Shown here one piece after another: positions 57,111-64,000 of a stretch of DNA of 64,000 nucleotides (positions within the stretch are counted from its first letter, which is position 1; the number at the start of each line of letters is the position of its first letter). Both the position numbers and the translations under genes were made by a program. Below the pieces are notes generated by a model that did not search any database, was not told where the DNA came from, and saw only the letters and a list, made by a program, of their open reading frames with translations. This DNA is from a virus. The stretch covers positions 40,878-104,877 of IMG/VR virus record IMGVR_UViG_3300021963_000055, one strand, 5' to 3'.

Positions 57111-58270
57111 GAAATACCTCCGAACATCCAACGGGAATCGTTTAATTTGGTTTGTGAAGTGAGAGATTTCTCGATTGAATCAATCAAGAGTTGTTTACAT
57201 TCTTTGCCTTGTTTCATGCCAAACATGAATGGGCGATGAATGGGAAGAAGCATTCGGTTTACAAACTCAACGGCAAACTCCTTTTTATCTGGATACATCT
57301 TATCACCACCTTCAAAGATGGTAGTAAGGTCTTGTGCCACCTCATCAACTGCACTCCAAAACTCAGACTGGAACTTTCGCAGTCGAGCAGAATCATCTTC
57401 AGTGAGCAGTGGAATCATATCATCTACTGCATCATTGAGGATAACTTGAATGATATTCTTTTCTGAGTTAATTTGTTCTTTAGAGCGATGTCGAAGAATA
57501 TATTCATCTGCTTTAATTTTGACCATATGACCATCATCAAAACGGATAACTACACCTTCACCATCATCCCATTTGCGAATGTGGTCAACAACCTTAGTAA
57601 TGTCGGTTTCATCACCAGCAATTGCTTTCACAAAAGGAATACCATAATGTTCCGCAAGTTCTACCATGTTAAAGTATGGTAGATAGTTACCCTTAGTGAG
57701 ATTACGAATACCAGTGAGAATGAGTTGGTCTTCTGGATAGTCAACTACAATACGATTCTTACGAGAACACCATTCAAATATAGGTGTCATTCCACCATCA
57801 ATCATGGCACGAATAAAAGTGTTGTATTGTGGCTTATCACCAATGAATACTTCTGCATTCATTGCAACATCAGTAATACCTGCTTTTGTACCAAGACGAA
57901 ACCCTTCTGGAGTTGGAATAGGACGAATCATCGAACCATCTAGCTTCTCCAGAACTACATGTGAAGCACTTAAGTTGAGTTTATCAATCTGAGTTTCTTC
58001 TCGTTCACCAACATTGAAGAACTTATGATATGGACGAGATATTAGTTTGCCAGTAGCATTATCAAAGATAAGACCACGACATTCACGACGCATCCACATG
58101 TTGTAATGTGTACGATGGCGAATGAGTGAGAATGTATCTTCAAATGCAACCATGTAGTTGATAACAGTGTACCAACCTTTGTCCATTACTTTGAACTCTG
58201 GCTTGTCTTCAATTTGCAGAAGAACATCATCAATGTGATTGATGTCAGGAAATGTGTAGTTCATCTTCAA
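57101..58270 (-). CDS. rnlA: RNA ligase 1 (T4 RnlA-like)
   Basis: RECRGLIF, RPYHKFFN, motif I EKLDGS, FEW, EGVVI, MVKIK. Confidence 0.93.
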   Translation of the reverse strand: MKMNYTFPDINHIDDVLLQIEDKPEFKVMDKGWYTVINYMVAFEDTFSLIRHRTHYNMWMRRECRGLIFDNATGKLISRPYHKFFNVGEREETQIDKLNLSASHVVLEKLDGSMIRPIPTPEGFRLGTKAGITDVAMNAEVFIGDKPQYNTFIRAMIDGGMTPIFEWCSRKNRIVVDYPEDQLILTGIRNLTKGNYLPYFNMVELAEHYGIPFVKAIAGDETDITKVVDHIRKWDDGEGVVIRFDDGHMVKIKADEYILRHRSKEQINSEKNIIQVILNDAVDDMIPLLTEDDSARLRKFQSEFWSAVDEVAQDLTTIFEGGDKMYPDKKEFAVEFVNRMLLPIHRPFMFGMKQGKECKQLLIDSIEKSLTSQTKLNDSRWMFGGISWN

Positions 58271-58430
58271 AAGAAAAGTATTCGTAGATCTGTGACATTA
58301 CAGCCTCATCAATACGGTCCATGATGGCACTGGGGGCAGGATTCTCTACATGTTTGTGTGCGAGGTGCCAACCACGACGCACACCTTCTTCAATAGCTTG
58401 TTCTAGAATAACACGAGTTTTAACTTTCAT
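58245..58430 (-). CDS. Hypothetical protein
   Basis: ORF overlapping the RNA ligase start. Confidence 0.65.
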   Translation of the reverse strand: MKVKTRVILEQAIEEGVRRGWHLAHKHVENPAPSAIMDRIDEAVMSQIYEYFSFEDELHIS

Positions 58431-58499
58431 CGGTAAATAGCTTTAAAGAAAAATACAATACCACCTACAAGCATAATGAAGGTGGCGAGCATGGAAAGA

Positions 58500-58871
58500 T
58501 CAACAATGTCCATCTGATTCAGTATCCCAAGGAGCAGGTCGAGAGAGTAGTTGTCGTAGAAATGGGGTTGGTGGATCGGGGTTATTGATCTTCTCCATCA
58601 TAGAGTCATAAGCCTCTTCTGTCAAGTAGATGGTCTCTGGAATCTCATCAGGAGAACTTATACCCATCATAGCTTCCTCTGTTCCTGGGGCATTAATGAA
58701 CGCATCATACTCCATAGTCCACCAACCATTGTTTAATTCATACCAGAAATCTGCATACAAATGCCTATCATCAAGACGATAACCTTGATGACAGATCATA
58801 CGATACCAATACCAGAATGGAGTGCGGATAATCGGTTTAAATCCGATTATCCATTTGTGTATAAACGTCAT
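58500..58871 (-). CDS. Hypothetical protein with a DUF1778-like C-terminal segment
   Basis: IYLTEEAYDSMMEKINNPDPP...LRQLL..PAPW. Confidence 0.55.
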   Translation of the reverse strand: MTFIHKWIIGFKPIIRTPFWYWYRMICHQGYRLDDRHLYADFWYELNNGWWTMEYDAFINAPGTEEAMMGISSPDEIPETIYLTEEAYDSMMEKINNPDPPTPFLRQLLSRPAPWDTESDGHC

Positions 58872-59425
58872 AATGCATCATCAATCCAATAAAAACCAAG
58901 ACAGGTTCTCATAAAGAACCTCACCAAACGATTAGGTTTATCAGGCATATAATACCTCAAATATCGTCGATTTCCAATCGTATAATAACCTTCGTGTTTG
59001 TTTCCCTGTTTGATTACAAAAGAGGTTCCATAAGAATCAGCACTCAATCCAGTTCCCATAACAAATTTTACTGGTTGTGGAAAATGTCCATTATCCTTTG
59101 CGTATTCAAATCTTTCAAAAATCTTATCAAACTCGTATTTGTATCTTTTTTCGGCAACTACTTTGGAATACTCAAACTTTTCTTTTGTTGTCTCAATCAG
59201 TTTATCAATCTTCTCATCAAACTCTTGTTGGATTTCATCCAGAGTTTTGGGTTTCTCTGGAATGATAAGGAGATGTTTGACTTTATCAAAGTTTTCATTA
59301 GTTTCAGATACTTTCAATCCAATAGCACAAAATACTGCCTCTACATCTTTGATAGAAGTTAGTTTAGTGGTATCTACATCATACCATTTATGTCCAATGT
59401 ATAAAGTTCCTTGTGGTTTAATCAT
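58868..59425 (-). CDS. Hypothetical protein, paralogue of 63142-63714
   Basis: Shared QEFDEKIDK and SFVIK..GYYT.GN..LRYY..DKPN. Confidence 0.75.
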   Translation of the reverse strand: MIKPQGTLYIGHKWYDVDTTKLTSIKDVEAVFCAIGLKVSETNENFDKVKHLLIIPEKPKTLDEIQQEFDEKIDKLIETTKEKFEYSKVVAEKRYKYEFDKIFERFEYAKDNGHFPQPVKFVMGTGLSADSYGTSFVIKQGNKHEGYYTIGNRRYLRYYMPDKPNRLVRFFMRTCLGFYWIDDAL

Positions 59426-59585
59426 CGGATTCCAGTATCAAAGAGTTTTTTCAGTTCATTATACACCAACAACAATTCATGGTCAATAGTTAAACGACCA
59501 ACATCTTTTTGAGTTCTTAGAAATTCATAGAGTTCTAATGCTTGTGGCTCTGTGAGTTTGAGTTTATACTGTTTTTGTACTTCAA

Positions 59586-59888
59586 TCATTTCAAAACCTC
59601 ATCAACATCAACAGCATCATAATCACTGATACCAAGTTTAGATCTTACAAAATCTGTAAAATCAGTGGCATCACATTCATAAACACAATGTCCACCATTA
59701 TTATCACTTTGAGTATAATTGGTGAAGTAATCGTCAAATACTACCATAATAGCAAGAGCACGAGATTGGTCATGTTTTGTGATTGCAGTATGTGGATGTG
59801 CCACAATCTTTGTGATACACTCAAATAACTCTTCACGAGTATATGAGAATGCTTTTGCTTCTTGATTTAATTTAAGTGGATTAGTCAT
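59586..59888 (-). CDS. Hypothetical protein
   Basis: ORF in the gene chain. Confidence 0.65.
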   Translation of the reverse strand: MTNPLKLNQEAKAFSYTREELFECITKIVAHPHTAITKHDQSRALAIMVVFDDYFTNYTQSDNNGGHCVYECDATDFTDFVRSKLGISDYDAVDVDEVLK

Positions 59889-59890
59889 AG

Positions 59891-60643
59891 TTAATTAAAT
59901 GTTTTTACATATTTTACTAAATTAATATAATTTTTACACTCTGCATCATGCTGGTAATATTCTTCTAATTTTTGCTTAGAATTTTTACTTTTTGTGCCAA
60001 GCATTCTTACAAGTCCACCAAAATTAGACATATGACTTATTTTTAATGGTTTATTGTTTTCTGGTCCTGTAATTCGTTCCCTAAATCCAGAAGCATTAAT
60101 CGGTTCATTATTGATGAAACTTCCTCCCCTAAGAATATGTAAATCGTCTCGCATCTTTGCTATATTTTTTGATAAAAAATATTCTGATTTTGTTACATAT
60201 GGACTCATAGAAGTATTATTAATATTCCACTTCCAAGCAGATACAAATAATAAATCAGTATTCAACAATTCTGATTGAATAGCATCAAAATGTGACTTAG
60301 ACTCATGAGAATTTACACATAAGGTTTTAACTTCGATATTACATACAAAATTTTCTTTATCGTCAGTAATGTAAAAATCATTATATTGATTTTTACATAT
60401 CCATTTTAAGCTATGCCCAAAAGATTCTAATTCTTTTTTCATATAGTATCCCCACATAGCTTCAAAAAGTATACCAAATCTAGTAGAATGGCCATAGTTT
60501 ATTTCTGCAGAATCAACCAAAAAAGTTTCAGAAAAAAATTGATTTAATTCTTCGACAACCTTAAAATTTAAACTCTCTAATGTTTCTTTTATCTGTTCAG
60601 TCACCTTTCCATTCCTCATAACGTGTGTTAATCTTACCATCAT
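59891..60643 (-). CDS. Restriction-endonuclease-like PD-(D/E)XK protein
   Basis: G.LFE...QYNDFYI...NIEVKT; much more AT-rich than its neighbours. The true start may be the GTG near 60604. Confidence 0.55.
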   Translation of the reverse strand: MMVRLTHVMRNGKVTEQIKETLESLNFKVVEELNQFFSETFLVDSAEINYGHSTRFGILFEAMWGYYMKKELESFGHSLKWICKNQYNDFYITDDKENFVCNIEVKTLCVNSHESKSHFDAIQSELLNTDLLFVSAWKWNINNTSMSPYVTKSEYFLSKNIAKMRDDLHILRGGSFINNEPINASGFRERITGPENNKPLKISHMSNFGGLVRMLGTKSKNSKQKLEEYYQHDAECKNYINLVKYVKTFN

Positions 60644-60787
60644 TCAGGAAAACATTCAAGTGCCCTGTGTTACCATTCTCAAAATAGAATGCCATCCACA
60701 CATGATGCCCTTCATCCATCACCTCATAGTGATAGCTTTTGATATTATCCAGGAGGAATTCATCAGGATTGTAGAGTTCTTTATCGG

Positions 60788-61432
60788 TCATGAGAAGTTG
60801 TAGTGAACACGAGTGTGGAAATCTTTGTAGCAATTTTTGTTGGAAAGTTTCATCATCACAGGAGGAATGTAATAAGCACATTCAGTGAAGAAATCTTCTT
60901 TACTGAGGAATCTGAGACCATGGAGATACCAAGTGCCAAACTGTTCATGGAATGCTCTCACTGCACGATATTGCTGAGAGTTAATAGGTACATACCTATT
61001 CTCATCACTAAAGTCATCACCATATGGGGTTGCCTGTGTCATCATAAGACAAACAGTATTTCCTTCTCCAGTTGCCCCATATTCAGAAAGCATATACACC
61101 CAGTATTCATCTACTGGGAACACATCACGACCATACTTCTCCTCATATTCTTTCATACAAGCATCAGCAACCAGTTGAAAGTTTTCTTTCTTCTTTGCTT
61201 GTAGTTCTTCAATCAATTGTTCATGTTCAATCTTACGAAGTTCTTTAAGTGCTTCTGAATATTTGCCAATACCATCAATGGCAATTCTCACAGCATCGAT
61301 TCGTTCCTCCTTTTCAATATCAGCAAGTTGTTGGAGAGCATCACCATTCTCATCATAGAGTTTTTCAACTGCTTTCATTGCTGCTTCTCGCCTTGCTGCT
61401 TCTTCAAGCATTTCTTCATGTGTCATGACCAT
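60788..61432 (-). CDS. Hypothetical protein (coiled coil plus conserved C-terminal domain)
   Basis: MTHEEMLEEA N-terminus; EYGATGEG.TVCLM; HYNFS C-terminus. Confidence 0.65.
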   Translation of the reverse strand: MVMTHEEMLEEAARREAAMKAVEKLYDENGDALQQLADIEKEERIDAVRIAIDGIGKYSEALKELRKIEHEQLIEELQAKKKENFQLVADACMKEYEEKYGRDVFPVDEYWVYMLSEYGATGEGNTVCLMMTQATPYGDDFSDENRYVPINSQQYRAVRAFHEQFGTWYLHGLRFLSKEDFFTECAYYIPPVMMKLSNKNCYKDFHTRVHYNFS

Positions 61433-61701
61433 TTCTCCACAGTAGATTTCCAGAAATCATAAGTCATATCTTGTGACCCTGCCATTCTAGCAACTACTTC
61501 GCCATCTGTCAAGGCTACAAGTGTTGGTGTTGCAACAACTCGACAAGTCTTAGCAAATTCGGTCCATTCGCCATTCTCTTTAGCATTGGTGATAGTAACC
61601 ACCTTTTCCCAACCATCTACTTTCTTTAGTTGTGTTTCAGCATACATGCAAGGTCTGCAACCTTCCTGTACAAATAGATGAATTTGAGTCATGGTTGCCA
61701 A
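61423..61701 (-). CDS. Thioredoxin/glutaredoxin-like protein
   Basis: CRPC active site and cis-Pro motif ATPTLV. Confidence 0.85.
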   Translation of the reverse strand: MATMTQIHLFVQEGCRPCMYAETQLKKVDGWEKVVTITNAKENGEWTEFAKTCRVVATPTLVALTDGEVVARMAGSQDMTYDFWKSTVEKWS

Positions 61702-61867
61702 GCATAAGATTTCAAGAGTTCGTTGTCCTTTTCAAGTTGTTCAATCCTTTCATTCATTTCTTGCAATAGTGCAATCAAAGCAAGATTATCAATGGTTTCT
61801 GTGTCTTGTCCATTCTCCATATCAATATAATGGGAATAGAAGAGTTCTTGTTTAAAGTTTCGGTCAG

Positions 61868-62350
61868 TCATCGTAGTTTCCTCTTGATTTTATTGAGACA
61901 ATCGTTGAATCCTTCTACTGTGCATTCAACATAAGCATTTTGAGAACCAGCAGAAGATTGTTCTTTCGGCAACCATGCTTCGATACGATCAACGAGAGTA
62001 TCAACACATATTCCCATATCATCATTGCTATTGGTTGTGAATACATCTTCCCACCAATCATAAATCAAATCAGTGAGAGTTTGTGTTTCTTTCTTCTTCT
62101 CAATCTCCTCAAGTAGTGCTACTTTCTTTTCAAGTACTTTGATTTCTGCTTTTACTTGTTCAATTTCAGTCATTTTACGAATGTGTAGTTTTGTTTTAGG
62201 TGCTACTGTTCCCAATCTACCAGTATCTCGAACTTTTATGGTAGTTTCTCCACTTGGGGATGTGAATTTGAGGTCGGTCATTTTATCTTTGTTAAGAGGT
62301 CCATAAACTTGTTCCATTAGTTGTTGGAAATCTTTCTCAATACCAAACAT
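61868..62350 (-). CDS. Hypothetical protein, related to 63711-63968
   Basis: Shared E.WLP.E...G.NDC..K.K motif. Confidence 0.65.
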   Translation of the reverse strand: MFGIEKDFQQLMEQVYGPLNKDKMTDLKFTSPSGETTIKVRDTGRLGTVAPKTKLHIRKMTEIEQVKAEIKVLEKKVALLEEIEKKKETQTLTDLIYDWWEDVFTTNSNDDMGICVDTLVDRIEAWLPKEQSSAGSQNAYVECTVEGFNDCLNKIKRKLR

Positions 62351-62595
62351 TACAGGTTCTCCAACTCATCACTCCAAGGATAATGATAATCTACCTCAAT
62401 ACTTTCTAAAAGTGTGCGGGCAAAGGTAATTTCACCATAATCAGAACCATCTTCAAAAATATCCCAACTATGGTGTGGATATTCATAATCTGGATTTAGA
62501 TTATAACAAGTTGGTTGTTCTGCGTAATTTTTGAGAACTTTGAGAAGATGTGTGAGTTTTTGTTCGTCAGTCATCGTATTCAGTGATAAAAGCAA
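62350..62595 (-). CDS. Hypothetical protein
   Basis: ORF in the gene chain. Confidence 0.6.
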   Translation of the reverse strand: MLLSLNTMTDEQKLTHLLKVLKNYAEQPTCYNLNPDYEYPHHSWDIFEDGSDYGEITFARTLLESIEVDYHYPWSDELENL

Positions 62596-62845
62596 ATGCT
62601 AAACAAAACCTTCGTTGTTGAAAATCTACACTCATAAGAGAATTACCAAAGAAAGAGAACAAGATGTTAATACCACCAGAAGAATGAATGACACCACCAG
62701 GAGTTTCAAAACTCACCCAGAGTAGTGATATGTCGTTGATAATACCAAACTGCCAGGTGTGAGATACTTCACCATCTTGATAAGTTTGTTTGGAGTGCTG
62801 GTAGAGTTTCATAATCAATCCTCCACAATCAAACAATAACGACAC
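62567..62845 (-). CDS. Hypothetical protein
   Basis: ORF in the gene chain. Confidence 0.6.
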   Translation of the reverse strand: MSLLFDCGGLIMKLYQHSKQTYQDGEVSHTWQFGIINDISLLWVSFETPGGVIHSSGGINILFSFFGNSLMSVDFQQRRFCLAFAFITEYDD

Positions 62846-63072
62846 TGGAAAGAAAACACATCTTTATCGTTGGTTCTCTTTACTCCATTTTCGTCCCAAG
62901 AATACACAACTTCAATCCAAGGGTCTGTGTCTCCATAAGTATTGAAACCTTCAACAGTTACAATACCACCAGAAGAACCAATCCAACGAGAACCAACTTG
63001 GATTTCGTGTGCCTTGAAGAAATGACCGACTATAAATTTGTGTCCGTTTTGGATTTTAGTTTCGTAGTCCAT
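62815..63072 (-). CDS. Hypothetical protein
   Basis: ORF with its own promoter. Confidence 0.7.
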   Translation of the reverse strand: MDYETKIQNGHKFIVGHFFKAHEIQVGSRWIGSSGGIVTVEGFNTYGDTDPWIEVVYSWDENGVKRTNDKDVFSFQCRYCLIVED

Positions 63073-63094
63073 CGGTTTGGTTGCTTATGAAGTT

Positions 63095-63151
63095 ATTATA
63101 AGGCATCACAGGGGGATTTGGAGCACCCCTGTGTCAGTTCTTCAAGTGTCC
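63095..63151 (-). promoter_or_regulatory. Early promoter with a GTGTCAG...GTGTCC dyad
   Basis: -10 TATAAT at 63100-63095; dyad starts at 63131; GC hairpin at 63107-63133. Confidence 0.6.
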
Positions 63152-63714
63152 TTTTCATCAACCCACTTGAACCCCAAGAGTTTATCCATACAAAAACGGA
63201 TTATAAAATTCGGTTTATCTCTTTTATAATACCTCAAATATCCATTACCAAAAGTATAATATCCAACTTCTTTACCACCTTCTTTAATTACAAAACTGGA
63301 AGTAAAATTACTACTACCAGTCGCAGTAAGTTTAGAGTAATCTAATGTAAGTTTAGGTGGAAAACTTCCAGTCTTGCGAGCATACTCAATATCCTCAATA
63401 ATCTTGGTAATCTTTTTACTAAACTGATACTCTTGATAGTATTTGAGTTGTGCGAACTTATATTCTACATCCTCAATCTGTTTATCAATCTTCTCATCAA
63501 ACTCTTGTGAGATTTCTTCTAATGACTTGCGTGGTAGTTCAAATTTGAGTTCTTGTGCTTCGTTTGGAATTGTGAAGTATTCTTTGAGGAGTTCATACTT
63601 TTCGTGGTCTTCTTCAGCATAAGAATACAAATTCATACACTCAAAGACATTCTTTACATCTGTGAGTGTTTTGATTTTACTTACATCTAATTTATGGTTT
63701 AATGGTTCAATCAT
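63142..63714 (-). CDS. Hypothetical protein, paralogue of 58868-59425
   Basis: Collinear similarity along the whole length. Confidence 0.75.
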   Translation of the reverse strand: MIEPLNHKLDVSKIKTLTDVKNVFECMNLYSYAEEDHEKYELLKEYFTIPNEAQELKFELPRKSLEEISQEFDEKIDKQIEDVEYKFAQLKYYQEYQFSKKITKIIEDIEYARKTGSFPPKLTLDYSKLTATGSSNFTSSFVIKEGGKEVGYYTFGNGYLRYYKRDKPNFIIRFCMDKLLGFKWVDEKDT

Positions 63715-63968
63715 TTCAACCTCAACTTCAACTTCTCAACACAATCATTCCAACCACAAGCATATCTATCATCACCACCATCTTCATCAGGCAACCATCT
63801 TTCAACAATATCACAAATAACTTCTCTATTTACAAACTCCAATTGTTCTTTACAGAACATCTCATAAAGTGTTTGTGGTTTTGGTTCTTCTACTTTTTGA
63901 TACTTCACACCATCAATCATTATGGTTTCTTCATCAAGTTTTTGATAAACTCTCATAGTATAATCCAC
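63711..63968 (-). CDS. Hypothetical protein
   Basis: C-terminus resembles that of 61868-62350. Confidence 0.65.
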   Translation of the reverse strand: MDYTMRVYQKLDEETIMIDGVKYQKVEEPKPQTLYEMFCKEQLEFVNREVICDIVERWLPDEDGGDDRYACGWNDCVEKLKLRLK

Positions 63969-64000
63969 AGCACATCTTCCGTATTTTTTTCTTTCTACGA

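Noticed and set aside
1-64000. tRNA, rRNA, integrase, transposase or photosystem genes
   Set aside because: None recognised by eye. A tRNAscan-SE or Rfam run would be needed to exclude small RNAs.

Overview
This is a 64 kb segment of a T4-like cyanophage (Kyanoviridae-type myovirus), almost entirely coded on the minus strand. Bases 1-41.9 kb are the AT-rich late/virion module. In transcription order it runs PAAR, gp25, gp6, a 3319-aa gp7-like protein, gp8, a DUF4815-type protein, gp13-gp23 and a partial gp3-like gene, with (A/C/T)TAAATA late promoters before most genes. At about 42 kb the sequence turns abruptly GC-rich. From there to the end is an early/accessory region of small genes, with a GP88-like protein, an SF2 helicase, PD-(D/E)XK-like proteins, a metallophosphoesterase and an RNA-repair cluster. 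Main observations: (1) a probable programmed -1 frameshift (G GGA AAG, 5-nt spacer, 7-bp GC stem) that appends a conserved C-terminal domain to a modular head protein between gp16 and gp17; (2) early promoters carrying one of three different upstream boxes in the same -44 to -64 window (RpaB/HLR1-like, RbcR/LysR-like, and a GTGNCAG dyad); (3) a late protein with a capsid-targeting N-terminus fused to a KptA/Tpt1-like ADP-ribosyltransferase lobe; (4) Rnl1 plus a split Pnkp with a Zn-deaminase inserted between its halves; (5) a 52-aa NblA-like ORF missed by the ORF track; (6) an origin-like or ncRNA element at 45.5-45.9 kb. All family assignments are by-eye motif recognition; no searches were run.
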